Assembly: GCA_002269645.1 (NCBI GenBank)
Contig: NIVC01001523.1
Location: 186,001 to 250,000 of the forward strand
Origin: Macrostomum lignano
Taxonomy: Eukaryota
DNA: 64,000 bases
Direction: 5' to 3'
Shown here: in pieces, positions 1 to 12,372 of the stretch
Numbering within the stretch: the first letter of the stretch is position 1
How the letters are laid out: each line of letters opens with the position of its first letter
Notes under the pieces: model-generated
What the model was told of the DNA's origin: nothing
The model's database searches: none
What the model saw: only the letters and a program-made list of their open reading frames with translations
Program-made: the position numbers and the translations under genes

Positions 1-700
1 AAAAAATGAGTGCCTGCGGCGCCAAAATGAGTGCATGCGGCGCCAAAATGAGTGCCTGCGGCGCCAAAATGAGTGCCTGCGGCGCCAAAATGAGTGCATG
101 CGGCGCCAAAATGAGTGCCTGCGGCGCTAAAATGAGTGCCTACGGCGCCAAAATGAGTGCATGCGGCGCCAAAATGAGTGCCTCTGGCGCCAAAATGAGT
201 GCCTGCGGCGCTAAAATGAGTGCCTGTGGCGCTAAAATGAGTGCCTGCTGTGGCGCTAAAATGAGTGCATGCTGCGGCGCTAAACTGAGTGCATGCTGCG
301 GCGCTAAAAAGAGTGCATGCTGCGGCGCTAAAAAGAGTGCCTGTGGCGCTAAGATGAGTGCATGCTGCGGCGCTAAAATGAGTGTATGCTGCGGCGCTAA
401 ACTGAGTGCATGCTGCGGCGCTAAAAAGAGTGCATGCTGCGGCGCTAAACTGAGTGCATGCTGCGGCGCTAAAAAGAGTGCATGCTGCGGCGCTAAAAAG
501 AGTGCCTGTGGCGCTAAAATGAGTGCATGCTGCGGCGCTAAAATGAGTGCATGCTGCGGCGCTAAACTGAGTGCATGCTGCGGCGCTAAAAAGAGTGCAT
601 GCTGCGGCGCTAAAAAGAGTGCATGCTGCGGCGCTAAAAAGAGTGCATGCTGCGGCGCTAAAATGAGTGCATGCTGCGGCGCTAAAATGAGTGCTGAACA
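1..700. repeat. CpG-rich minisatellite, 21-bp unit (AAAATGAGTGCCTGCGGCGCC) switching to a 24-bp unit
   Basis: Directly visible tandem array; a TGC insertion lengthens the unit from about 240 onward. The MSACGAK ORF is a by-product. Confidence 0.95.
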
Positions 701-1384
701 ACACCGATTCTCGAAATATTAGACAGGTAGGAATTTAGTCATGTACATGCGCATGTAGAATTCTTGACTTTGTCCCCCCACCATAAAAATTAATGACGAC
801 GCCCCTGTTCTGGATCGAATACCTGCACGATTCCAACGCAGTAGCTGCTACGTAGCAAATTTTCAGATTCAGATATAAGGAAGCGAACCTCCGACGTCAT
901 CCCAAAATGAACTCTGCTATTGGACAGATAGGCGCACCTCTCTGATGGTCTTTAATTATATGCATGAGATATCATTGCTGTACATACTGTATCATTATGT
1001 ATAGTCTTGCTCCAGTTGCTGCGCATAGGACATATTATGGGACTCTACCCTCCTCTCTACCTCCTCTATAATAGCAATAGATGCAAAGGAATTCCTCCTT
1101 TCTGCGTTACTATGGTTACCTTAATACAACGGGCTCCAGACCCCTTATCCCGCATATCATTTGTGCTTGATGCCTGCTTGCAAGCAGTGCAGTATGTATT
1201 GAGGCCATTTGGCTTACCATACCCTGCGCCACTGTCGACGACAATAAAGCTTGCCTATCCTTTTTAGTCTCAGCTTGAGCGCTAAAATTTACACTACCAC
1301 AGAGTTAAATTGAAACTTATAATTGTATTGAATTTAGCCAGCGGGACCTGCGATTTCATGAGGTAAACAATTATAGGATACCGG

Positions 1385-1625
1385 AAGAATTGCTGAGATG
1401 TCAAGGTTCAAGGCTCATGGGGGACAAGGTTCAAGGCTCATGGAGGACATTGCTGAGATGTCAAGGCTCAAGGCTCATGGGGGACATTGCTGAGATGTCA
1501 AGGTTCAAGGCTCATGGGGGACATTGCTGAGATGTCAAGGCTCAAGGCTCATGGGGGACATTGCTGAGATGTCAAGGCTCACGGGGGAATCGCTGAAATG
1601 CTTGGCTCATAGGGGGTTGCTCAGA
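1385..1625 (-). repeat. Short array of satellite family D (CCTTGACATCTCAGCAAT core)
   Basis: ATTGCTGAGATGTCAAGG repeats are the reverse complement of the 30-bp array at 33545-34975. Confidence 0.85.
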
Positions 1626-1927
1626 TGCATGAGCCTAAACTCATAGAGGATCCGGTAATCTTAGGCTAGATTTCTGGTTTTCAGCCTCAGGGCGGATGCT
1701 TTTTTGCTTTGAAAATTATTTTCCCTAAGAGCATAACAACAGTGACTGTATCTGGTTAGAAGATACATGCAGTTTATTCAAAAAATCGTTTAAAAATTTT
1801 TTATTCATAATACAAAGAAACGAAATTCCTCGTACCTGTCAAACAGAATACTAGCGTAAAAGAACAATAGGTCAGACTCCATTTAATTTATTTGAGGGAA
1901 GGAATCGGAATTCGATTCGAGTAGAAG

Positions 1928-3015
1928 GGGTGCACGACAATTGACTGCCACAATTTGACTGCCAAAATTTGACTGCGGTCAATTTGACTGCGGAAAATTT
2001 GACTGCCGAGCAATTTGACTGCCGACAAAATGACTGCGAACAAAATGACTGCGGACAATATGACTGCGGCAATTTGACTGCCAGCAAAATGACTGCCGAC
2101 AATATGACTGCGGCAATTTGACTGCCGAGCAATTTGACTGCCAGCGAAATGACTGCCGGAAAAATGATGCTCCTAAAGTTTAGCACTCTGTCAACCCTTT
2201 TAAGTCTATGCATGTAGTGAAATATTGTATTTACGAGCTAGAATGATGCAGAACAGAACATAACTTTTATACAACAAGCTGTAACAGCTGTTGAAACCCG
2301 CGGATTTTGAACAGTGGGAAATGGGAATTCCAATTTTAGGAACTATTTTGCATATATTCTAAAATCTGAAGTTAAACTCAAGCAAAAACTTTTATTATTA
2401 GAGTTAAACATAACATAGATTACATTCGTGTAAAATTAGGATTGGAGGCAAACTATTGATATTGTTGGCTGGGGTGCGGCGCAGAATGTCAGAAAAACTC
2501 TGGCCTCTACTTCTGCCTCTCGATCCCTATGTTCCTTGCATCCTTTGAACCTTCTATCTTCTCTTCTGTTTTCTCTCTTCTCTCTCGTCTCTGCTCTCTC
2601 ATCTCTGCTCTCTCATCTCCCCTCTCTCATCTGTCATCTTTACTCTCTTATACTGGTATGTTCTCTCACCTCTCTCCTCTGTACTCTTCTCTTTCCCCTC
2701 TTTTGACTCCTCTCTTTCCTTAGTCCTCTTCTTTTCCCTCTTCTATACTCCCTCCCCTTTATTCACTTCTCTCGTCTCTCTGCACTCTGCTCTCTCCGCC
2801 TTCATCTCTCATCTCTCTCTCCTCTTTTGCATAACGAGAATGCGCCTAGCAAGTTTTTCAAATTCATTCGTCAATATAAAGCTGTGCACAACTAGGCTGG
2901 GCTTTTGATTTGGTGTTTGGGGTTGCCAACTTTGGGGTTTGGAGTCAAATAATAAAAGGAGAGGGTGATCAGTGGAGCCCACAGGTTTAGGTGGCGAGCA
3001 AACTCATAAAACTCC

Positions 3016-3077
<62 letters not shown>

Positions 3078-3191
3078 ACATTGAGGGACTGGGGGAGAGG
3101 GAGAGAGGAGGAGGGGTGGCCTCTTGTTTTCTATATTGTCAGCAGTCAAATTGACCTCAGTCAAATTGTGGCAGTCAATTGTCGTAGACCC
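1928..3191. mobile_element. Non-autonomous TIR (foldback/MITE-like) element with subterminal TTTGACTGC repeats
   Basis: Left end GGGTGCACGACAATTGACTGCCACAATTTGACTG; right end reverse complement GGGTCTACGACAATTGACTGCCACAATTTGACTG. About 12 subterminal repeats at 1940-2165. No TSD found. Confidence 0.7.
3018..3072. repeat. (GA)n microsatellite
   Basis: Direct observation. Confidence 0.95.
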
Positions 3192-3355
3192 TGTCAGGGA
3201 TAATATGGATGGATTTAATGGGATTATGGAGGACGTGAAAAATTTTGTCCCAAAAGCCCCCTCATGCCTTCTACTGATTCGAATCGAATTTTCATTCCCC
3301 ATTTGATGTACACGTACGCTCGGTATAAGTATCAAGAATGCGTCTCAATAAAAAG

Positions 3356-3870
3356 TTAAATTAATGAGACGCCAAGCTGCGGGTTCCAACATAAGGCCGA
3401 CTGTTTGCCTTTATATGCTTTTAGCGGGCACGAGGCTTCGAAGGCAGCATTGGGTGAGTCCGTCGCAAAGTCATCTGCTTCCTCACGGGTGTTGATGGAT
3501 ACTGCATGGAATGCTAGCCCTTTGATAGGTTTCCTACGAGGCAATCCTGAAAGTGTTCCAGTCGGTATTCCTGGATAGTATTCCGTTTCCAGTACAGCTG
3601 GCTTGCGTTTCGGGCGCTGGCCAGTTTGAAAGAGATGAACTTTTGATCGGAGAGGGACACTTCAGGAAGCACCCGCCACTCCTTAGTGCTCTGAAAAAGC
3701 CTGGGCGTGGCAAGGGTGGTATCCAGCATCTCCGATCGGCGTCATTGTTAAACGTACCCAAGTTGCAGAACTCGGGAGTTGCAGTGCGGTAATATCACAA
3801 CTGCCCCAGTGGGTGTGATGGGCGTTGATGTCGCCCGCCACTAACAGCTCGTATTCCTGGTGGAGCAAAG
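3356..3870 (-). mobile_element. Degraded non-LTR retrotransposon fragment, APE endonuclease region
   Basis: Motifs GDINAHHTHWGS, WRVLPEVSLSDQKFISF and AFEASCP...WNPQL lie in three frames, typical of the LINE (I/R1/Jockey-group) endonuclease and its linker. Confidence 0.8.
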
Positions 3871-3949
3871 CGAAAATCGACGGAAATCAGCCTCCAAAAA
3901 AATTACACGATCTTTGACTGTAGCGTCCTGATATCCTGATCCTGATAAC

Positions 3950-4513
3950 ATGATCAACGGTCCGTGCCAGCTGTTCGTGTTCGACAAGTGCAGCAAGTAC
4001 GTGAGAGAGTGCGGCCCCTGCGCTCAGTCTGGCCGCGTGTTTGTGAAGCAGCGGCGCGGGCTGCCTGCTGGCACCCTGTGCCCCTTCGGATTCGCTGACG
4101 ACCTGTGCAGCACCAAGTACAAGCTGGTGCAGGGCGCCACCAGTTGGAACTTCTACAAATCCGTAGCCGAATCACTGCCCGGATTGGTCATCATGTCGGA
4201 CGTGCTCGATCAAGCTGAACTGGCTCACCTGTACAACATTTCGATGACGTACGGCTGGACTTACCTCATGCACGGTGGAATTCAATCTCCGGGTAGCGAC
4301 GAGCCGACTGGCGGTTTCCGCTGGGTGAGCTGCGATTTGGAGCTCAGCGGCAGTGGAAGTCTTTGGGCACCTAACGAGCCCAACAATTGGGCTGGAGCTG
4401 AACTGGTTGTGACCTCGGAAACTGTCAAGGCGGCAAACTGCTGGACAATCAGGAGACCATGCAGTTCTGAGTACATTGGAGGTCTGATGGAGTGCGTCTC
4501 TTTGTTTGACTGA
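3950..4513 (+). CDS. C-type lectin domain protein (EPN motif) with the tail of a PAN/Apple-like domain; 5'-truncated relative to its paralogue
   Basis: 187-aa intronless ORF with GGFRWV...LWAPNEPNN...EC. The first part is closely similar to 42205-42480. It lacks the signal peptide seen at 42004. Confidence 0.65.
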   Translation: MINGPCQLFVFDKCSKYVRECGPCAQSGRVFVKQRRGLPAGTLCPFGFADDLCSTKYKLVQGATSWNFYKSVAESLPGLVIMSDVLDQAELAHLYNISMTYGWTYLMHGGIQSPGSDEPTGGFRWVSCDLELSGSGSLWAPNEPNNWAGAELVVTSETVKAANCWTIRRPCSSEYIGGLMECVSLFD

Positions 4514-5421
4514 TTCGCATCCAACCGGCGGTTGGAATTGGAAACATGCTGGGGCATTCGACTAAATTTACAATTTGTTTTTTTACGTTGAGTCAAACTT
4601 TATGCCTTTTACGTTATCTCTATGCTTAATGGCAGTAGAGGACATAAATCGTACCAGTCTATAACAGTTTATTTGATATGGCTTACTGGTATTAAGTTAA
4701 CATATTTCTTGCAATTCTTTGAGCTAGAATGTTCCTAAGCCTTTACTATAAAACCTCTTTTTTTCTATTAAGGAGATGCAGCGGTTTTTCTAGAATAAAA
4801 AGTACGATAGAGTCCGAATTGACAAGCCCATTCATTTTGGCTACGACTGTAATTACTGCAAAGCATATATTAGTAGTAGTATTTTACTTTACTATAAAAA
4901 ACTCATTTGGCTTATAAGTTCATCACGGCTAGACAATTTCCTGTCTGAGGGGACTGGGGCTTATAACCGCAGCTGTAGGGATCGGGTCTAAAACCAAACC
5001 TGCAGATCGTTGCCTCATCTCTGCTCAGTCTGACTGCGCAACAGCATATCAATTGTGGCGTAGAGTGCCTGCTCTTGTGTATGAGTTCTCGCTATCTGAC
5101 CGGATCGTTACAGACTAATCTAATAGCGTATAGCTACAATCGTAGTCACTGGCGCCACCATACCCGCATCATCAGCCGCAACAACTTGAGCTGAAAGCAA
5201 CTTTATGGGCATCTGACAATATTCAGACAGGACTATATGGTATAGCTGCCTTCCTGAAAAAGCTATATGGCTTTTTTATGCAGATGATTTCATACTGGGT
5301 AGTTCTGTCTGTATGATCTGGACATCGCTATGCATAAAAGCTAGTTGAGACTAATCCGGATTAATCTATAGCTAAGCTAGGGTTGCATCTATTGCATATT
5401 TTCTCGGCCTGCCTCTCAGTA

Positions 5422-5794
5422 GGGGGGGGGGGGCGTAGCCCAGCGGTAGCGCAGCTGCTCTGGTGTGCCAGCGACCCAGGCTCGATTCCAAGTGCAGTCA
5501 CATTAATTTGGGGCTAAATTGGAATCTCGGCTTGGCTCTGCTCGTGCAATTAACGGCCTTGAGAGCCAACCCCCCAAGGCGCAGTGAAGTGTACATGCCT
5601 AACGACAAAATAAAGTTAGGGCCGCTGTACACTCCTGTGTGAGTGTGTGCCTGCGTACGTATACGCGCGCTTGTGTGCCTGCTCAGGGGAGTCGGCGGAA
5701 TGGGCAGTAATGCCTCGCCGGTTGTGTGCCTATGTCGCTTAAAGTGCGCCAGGGTGCACACAACCCCCCTGCCTCTAATAAATAATAATAATAT
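5422..5794 (+). mobile_element. Full-length tRNA-derived SINE
   Basis: A box TAGCCCAGCGG, B box GGCTCGATTCC, (TAA)n tail, and a 12-bp TSD TGCCTCTCAGTA at 5410-5421 and 5795-5806. Confidence 0.92.
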
Positions 5795-5989
5795 TGCCTC
5801 TCAGTACAAGCCTTGGGAAACTGGAGTGACACAAACATTAAAAAACTAGGAGTGACACAAGCCTTGGAAAGATGGCCAGCTCTGGCCTCTGTAAGCACGG
5901 TACAAAACGAGATAGAAGTATTAATTTTGTAATGGTTAAATCAAACAGTATTAATAATTATAGTTAATGATCCTCATGGCGTCCTTCGA

Positions 5990-6245
5990 TTCTCTGTTGG
6001 GGGATTAAACAATGGAAAATTAACCAGCAATGGAGATATACGAGCTAGAAGAATCGAGGCAATGAATTTGTGTTTTTTGAGGCGCATCTTGAGAGTGAGT
6101 TTCAGGAAAGTTGATGGCGAACACCGGAGACGACAGGTGAAGTTTTTTGGCCATATTATGATGACAGGGTCAAGGAACTGACCAGCTGTCAGTACTGGGA
6201 AGATTGAAGGTGTAATGAACGTGCGACCGAGAAAATCATAAAGTG
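5990..6245 (+). mobile_element. RTE-like LINE 3' coding fragment
   Basis: Translates to FFGHIM...GKIEG..RPR, resembling the C-terminus of RTE-clade ORFs; degraded. Confidence 0.5.
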
Positions 6246-6271
6246 AAGTAAATTCAAAGTATCGTAAAGTA

Positions 6272-6566
6272 TACTGAGCCAACAGTGAAAAGTCGCCACC
6301 CTTTGCCCCAGTGAGCATGCAGTGTCTTTCGACCAGCGTCTATCACCTGGCCAACCATTTTGATATTTAAAAAATGTTTGAAAAAAATCAATAAAAACCG
6401 GGCGGAAGCTTCAATCCATCCAGTCTTCGCCCTTCGCTCTTCCCAATACCTCCTCGCCCAGCCCAACTCTGCGTCGTGTGGCGCAAGTTGCGTCACTCAA
6501 AAGTCAATACTGAGCTAGAATTTACTGCGCAGTCTCAAAGGCGGCGACTTTTTAATGTTGTTGAGT
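6272..6566. mobile_element. TA-flanked MITE (Tc1/mariner-like ends)
   Basis: Imperfect TIRs of about 25 bp: TACTGAGCCAACAGTGAAAAGTCGCC and GGCGACTTTTTAATGTTGTTGAGTA. An inverted partial copy lies at 7500-7652. Confidence 0.65.
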
Positions 6567-7499
6567 ATATATTGTATATAAAGTATGCATCAGTCAAAGC
6601 GAGGGGCGACGGGCGCTGAGCAATCGATAGCAACGTACGTGTACATGATTGGGGTGCGGAATTTATTGGGGGTGCGGGTGCAGATCGCGTACAATAAATA
6701 CAATTGCAAGTACATCACATGTAAGTACATCACATGCATTGACATACATGTAAGGAAGAAGAGATTGTGGAAGACAGCGAGAACCACTCTAAAGAACCGG
6801 CTGTCTCAATGGATGAACATACAGTTTGAAAATACAGCTTCATACATCAATGGTATACCCACTCTAACTCATTCTTCTCTTCCTATCTCCCTCGAAACCT
6901 TTTCTCATTTCCCTCTTCCTTTCTCCTCGATCTCTTGATCCTTGTTATCTGCTTTCTCTTCCTTTTATCACCTCTAAACCGCATCCTCGCTGTCCACTAT
7001 TCTTTTCTTTGTCTCTATACATGTAAATTTTCTTCCCTAGATGACATTCTGTTTCTCAAACTTAGCAGATCTTGTCTGCTGTGCCATTCTTAGCAGAATC
7101 TTAATTGTCAATCTGCTCGGTTCTTGCCGGATCTTCAAAAAAGGGAGGTACATTTGTTTTGTGCTTCATTTGGCTAAAGCGTTCCAGCTGAACTATATTT
7201 TATTTTATGACAAAATGGGACAAAAAATTTAAGAAAATATGCGATTCGAAGCTATATATATAAAAGCTAAGATCTTGTACGATGTAGCAAGTCGCCCAGA
7301 TCTGGTAAGTTTACCTAAGTATTTATCATATAATACTCGTAGCGAAGATTTTGCACGTTCTTGCAAGTTTGCGCAGCAACCCAAGAAGATAATTCGATCT
7401 GTTAATTAAGAATCAACAAATCAATGTCTTGTAGGTTTCTAGTAGGTTTCTCTTGAGGCTTAATCCAAGAATAACTTAAGTATATATATATATGTAATT

Positions 7500-7652
7500 T
7501 AAGTGTGACGAGCTTTCCAGTCGCCCGGTTTTGATTGATTTTTCAAGTTTTTTTAATATCAAAATGTTTGGCCAGCATGGTGCAATAGAAGTTGGTCGAA
7601 GGACACTGCTCACTGGGGCAAAGGGTGGCGACTTTTCAATGTTGCTGAGTAC
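7500..7652 (-). mobile_element. Partial inverted copy of the 6272-6566 MITE
   Basis: CACTGGGGCAAAGGGTGGCGACTTTTCAATGTTGCTGAGTA matches the reverse complement of 6272-6315. Confidence 0.7.
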
Positions 7653-8124
7653 ATTATTGAAGTCATTGAATATATTGGAGGCATTGCCCCGGCCTCCCCC
7701 CCCCCAACAAAATTTGATTATTGGGCAGGCAATTTAATTCCCACCACTGCCCCCGGATCCGCCACGCCTATTGTGAGTACCTCTTCCTTAGACAGTGCAG
7801 CCACGGACTACTCACATGTAATATTCGTGTATACTTAAGTAGTCCGTGAGTGCAGAATTTATCCCACACATACAGTCAATCTGAATCTTAATTTACAATA
7901 TAAAAACAAACGTTTCTTAGTCAAGAAGACAGAAATGAAGAAATGGCTATTAGCAAAGATTAAAAAATTAGAAAACAGATTTTATGCGATTTTTAAGAAG
8001 AATTGTGTCAGCTAAATTCTCAAGCTTTGATTTTTTTAATCCTTGCAAAGGACATTTTAACACACGCGCCGGGGGCATGACCGGATTTTCAGTTCCACGT
8101 TCAGTTCCACGAAAATAAATAAAC

Positions 8125-8475
8125 AAAAAATCAAATGCATACTACAGCAAGGAAAATCTTTTTAAAATTAAACTAAAAGCATTTTTGCAATATAACATCT
8201 GAGTAGACTTTACACCGAAAATATCTTTTCAATTGAACATCTGTGAGCTTCGTGGCACACCTCGAATGCTGAAATGGAGTGAATTTTCTTTAGAATTTAC
8301 GACGTAGATGGTGACTGTACAAAAAAATCAAATGCATACTACAGCAAGGAAATCTTTTTAAAATTAAACTAAAAGCATTTTTGCAATATAACATCTGAGT
8401 AGACTTTACACCGAAAATATCTTTTCAATTGAACATCTGTGAGCTTCGTGGCACACCTCGAATGCTGAAATGGAG
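8125..8475. repeat. Direct duplication of about 155 bp (period about 195 bp)
   Basis: 8125-8279 is nearly identical to 8320-8475. Confidence 0.9.
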
Positions 8476-8489
8476 AGATTTCTTCCTGC

Positions 8490-8775
8490 TTTTTTTTCTG
8501 TTGTGGAGACGCATCGTTCGCCACAGCGGCAAAAAAACACCTAAGCTTGTTTGGCAACGCTGGCGACCTCAGCCTCTTTTTCTCGTCTGTTGAAAGCACA
8601 GAAAGAGGTGGGTTCAAGCGTTGTCAGCATATTGAAGACCGAGATGCTGACTGTGTCTGCTGACGTATCAGCGGACCTGACATGCCACGACGCAGACGCA
8701 CGCTGCCAGCAGTGGTTCATCACATCAGCGGTCTGGTGCTCCATGTGGAGAGGAAAACCTTTCATATGAGGAGCC
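8490..8775 (+). mobile_element. RTE-like reverse transcriptase fragment
   Basis: Homologous to 9460-9780 (LKTEMLTVSAD versus LKTEVLTVPAD). Confidence 0.7.
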
Positions 8776-9344
8776 AGGCCCAAACCCATTGATCAATCCA
8801 AACTAGATGTACACGTATAGCTGTTCTACGTGTTCTCTATACACTACATGTACTTTTTGCAATCTGAACCGTATGTCATCACAGCCTTAAAAGAATCCCC
8901 TGATAAAAATCCGTCTGTATGATCCCGGAGTTCCCGATTTGTGCCCAAGCAGATTCCTATTAGCTATTCGGCTGCATGCTGCTCGCCGCTAGCTCCAACC
9001 CTTGATACCCATCCCAGGCGGGGCTCCGGCCTCGCCAGGTCTGGTCATACCGTAGATCCAGGTTCGCCAGGTCACAGAGTGGTGGCAGCCAGTGGGTCAT
9101 GCAATAACCCGATGATCAATATTTGCACCTTAGCTATCGATGGGGCACATTTGGGTCCTTACCGCGTCTCTAATATAGCACTACCAAAAAGTTATCAATA
9201 TATGCATGGGCGGGACAACCTGAAGGGCGATCTGTCGGTCATAGTCTGGTCATAGACGGCTGGCAGCCATCCATATAGTCATACGATCTGATCCTTCCCC
9301 CATGAGAAGACGGTTCACTAGTAGGGCGATTACATACATGTAAA

Positions 9345-10357
9345 TCATCATCAGTTCGACACTTCATCAGGAGTTCTGCATGGCGACACTTTGGCGCCGT
9401 TTCTCTTCGTGCTGCTGCCACTGGGTGCTTCGGACCGCAGTCTCCTCGACTAACGACGGCTTCCTGCGCTGCGCAGACGCATCGGTCGCCGCCACGGCGA
9501 AAAGCGCCTTATTATTATTTGCTTGGCTACGCCGACGAACTCGCCCTCCTGTTCTCGTCCGTTCAAGGTGGCATCCCGCCAGATCGACAGGTTGGTCAAG
9601 GTGGCATTTAGCGTCGGACTGGTTGTCAACACGCTAAAGACCGAGGTGCTGACTGTGCCGGCCGACATCCCAGCGCTAGCGGACCGGACATGTCGCCTCG
9701 CAGACGGGCAGATGACCACGCTTGCGCGCACGCTACCAGCGGGATCACCTACTCGGCGGTCTGGTGCCTCACGTGGACGAAGACCTCGATCCGGCGGCAC
9801 CGAGGACTTGCCTGGGCGGCCTTCCGTTCGATCCGGGCCGACGTCCAGTCCGAAGCGCTGCCCGACCGCCAGAGGGCTCGTCGGCTGTGGCAGGCGGTGT
9901 GCTCTACAACGCCGAGACGTGCATGGACACTGACGGCTACGCTTAGAGCGGCAGCTGGACTCGGCGCATTCAGGGCTGCTCCGTGCGGCCTTTCGAGCTG
10001 ACGAGAGCGTCAGGACCGAGGCCCTGTACGATCGGGCCAAGCTGCAGCGCCCGTCCACCATCCTGCGCCGGGGGCGACTTCAACTGGCGGGCCACGTACG
10101 TGATCCGGGCCGAGGGCTACTGCCCCCAACCTGTTCAGGACGTCCTGTTGCTCACTCTGCAGGGCCCGCTCAGGCGGGGTCAGGCCCAAACCCGTCGATA
10201 CGTGGACTGCCTCCTACGTACGCGACGCCAGGGCGCCCGACACTGCCAACGGGGCGGACTTCGTCCGCTCTCAGGCTCTACGGCGCGCCATCTGAAGCAC
10301 CCTGCTCTGTGACTTTGATTGCTATAGCTGCATAATTTGTTGTTGTTGTTGCTGTTA
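9345..10357 (+). mobile_element. 5'-truncated, frameshifted RTE-like LINE (RT domains 4-7 plus C-terminus)
   Basis: FDTSSGVLHGDTLAPFLF, LGYADELALL and GLVVNTLKTEVL motifs; (GTT)n tail at 10335-10357. Confidence 0.85.
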
Positions 10358-10683
10358 TGAGCTAACTTTTGCAGTGTAAATTTTTTTATTCATTTAAGTA
10401 AAACAATTAGTTGAAACAAGTTATACTTCATATAATATTTTTTCTCGTCTTAAGAGTGACTAAAAACTAAAACAAAGTTCATCTACGCGTAAATATTTAA
10501 TACCATCATTATAGAGTGACAGTTCTGCTCAGCAAAAGACATTTGAGCATGACTTTTATGCTTATATTTTATTCTTATGAGATTAAATTTTCAAAGAAAG
10601 TGCAGATAAATTAAATATCTTTTTTAATTATATAATTATATATACATGTAAGTAAAATTATAATTATAATTATTATTATTATG

Positions 10684-11053
10684 TGTTGTGACTGTGAGCG
10701 AGGAGTGACACGTTAGAGCCTGTCTAGGCTTGATACCCTGTCTGCTGCGTACCCAGTGCACCCATGCCCCCTTTCCCAAGCACAGACAGCATGACTAAGC
10801 TGTCTCATCCCCGGCCTCCCCACCCTACAGTTTGTGTGTGAGTAATGTCTATGTGCCGGTGTCTTACCCGGTCTCTCCTGTGAGCCAATCTAAGGCCCCG
10901 TGTTGAGGTGGTATGAGAAACTGTTTGGTTAAATTCACAGGCCCGCTCAGATGAGGGGCTAAGCAGTTAAGAGTGCCAAGTGTGCTATAAATCTATCAGT
11001 CTATAGACTTGCACTTCTTTGTCAGCCAGTGACACCACAGGGGAGTTAGAACA
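10684..11053. mobile_element. Possible solo LTR (370 bp)
   Basis: TGTTGTGACT ... AGTTAGAACA termini and near-TSD TTATG/ATATG; GC-richer than its flanks. Confidence 0.45.
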
Positions 11054-11141
11054 ATATGTAATTAATATTATAATTTTATATTGAAATATAATATAATTAT
11101 AAATTTATATTGAAGAGAGGGTGTGTAAGGAAACTTTCGTT

Positions 11142-11330
11142 CAGTAGTGCAACCAGAAATTTTATGAGGGGGCGGATTCTGGAGGGTAAAGTCCCGGGAG
11201 GGGGGTCGGAGGGGTGGCTCTGTTTTGGCGACAATTCGCTTGGTCCCCCCTCTGATTCTTTGATTTTTTGGGTCTCCGCGCCTATAAGAGGGGGGCGACC
11301 GCCCCCGCCCCACACCTGGTTGCGCCACTG
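11142..11330. mobile_element. Small MITE with CAGT-type TIRs
   Basis: CAGTAGTGCAACCAG ... CTGGTTGCGCCACTG; TSD not evident. Confidence 0.6.
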
Positions 11331-12372
11331 CCTTTGCCTTAGGTATTCTGCTTATTGAATTTCGTATGCATAAATTTCATACGCGCGCTAAAATGACTGA
11401 CGAAAAAATTACAATAAAATGTAAAACTGTCATCAAAAAATAATATAATTTAAATATTTATTGCAATGGCAATGCTTTTTTATTTGATGTTTAAGTGCAA
11501 TTGGAGCAGAAATGTTTTTTACTTTGTTTATACACTAACTATTTGAAGGCAATCCGGAGTGAATTAATTTAAATTTCGGAACTGAACCGAGAACTGAAAA
11601 TCCGGTCATGCCGGGGGCTCGTGGCTGAGTCGGAGATTGCAGTGAGGTTGAGTGAGCAAGTGATCATGTGCAGCCAGGTCAACAGTGCAGTGTATCATAA
11701 AGTGTATCATAAAGTGTATCAAATGCGTGCTATAACTCATGTTTTATCACTAACAATCACTATGCTTTTCTACTTTTGTTTCCCCCTTTTTATATTATCT
11801 ACTTTTCCCAAAGTCAAAGCCAAATTAAATTAGGCCTGCCCTGCCAAAGCCTAAAATATTAATTAGCGTTTTCAGCCTTCGCTTTCAATTAGTTAAAGAT
11901 AAGATACATCTTAGGCCTTCACTACATAAATTATAGGATAGGCTTGAGCCTACAATTCACACTTTCACTTCAGATATTGTACCCTAACCCCTATAGGGAT
12001 CTATATAGATATAGGAATAGGAATAGGCCTATAAGAAATCATTTGAAAGTTTTTTATTGAAAATTACTTATGACTTGTTATATGTCATATAAATTATATG
12101 CTGTTAAACTGATTTTGAAGTCTTAAACCAAGACTAGGCCTAACTTGGAGTTGGAGGTCTTAGGCCTATGAAATATAATGAAGTTTTTTTTGTATTTATT
12201 ATCTTATGCTCATTTGTTATTAGGCTATCCTAAAAAGCCTAAGCTGATAGAATGATAGGCGGATAGGCCTAGCTTAGGCCCAAGCCTATAGGTCTATGCT
12301 ATGCTGTTTAGGCTATATTATACTATGCCTATAGCCTTTTGTTATAGAACTTTTGTTGGCTATATTTTAATC

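Larger units (their letters stand above)
8076..11610. mobile_element. Non-autonomous P-superfamily-like DNA transposon with nested insertions
   Basis: TIRs of about 31 bp, CATGACCGGATTTTCAGTTC ... GAACTGAAAATCCGGTCATG, with a 7-bp TSD CCGGGGG (8069-8075 and 11611-11617). CA..TG ends and a 7-8-bp TSD fit the P superfamily. Confidence 0.75.

Noticed and set aside
6-722. Cys-rich 238-aa ORF resembling a metallothionein or keratin-associated protein
   Set aside because: It is the translation of a 21/24-bp minisatellite that happens to lack stops; there is no unique coding sequence or splice context.
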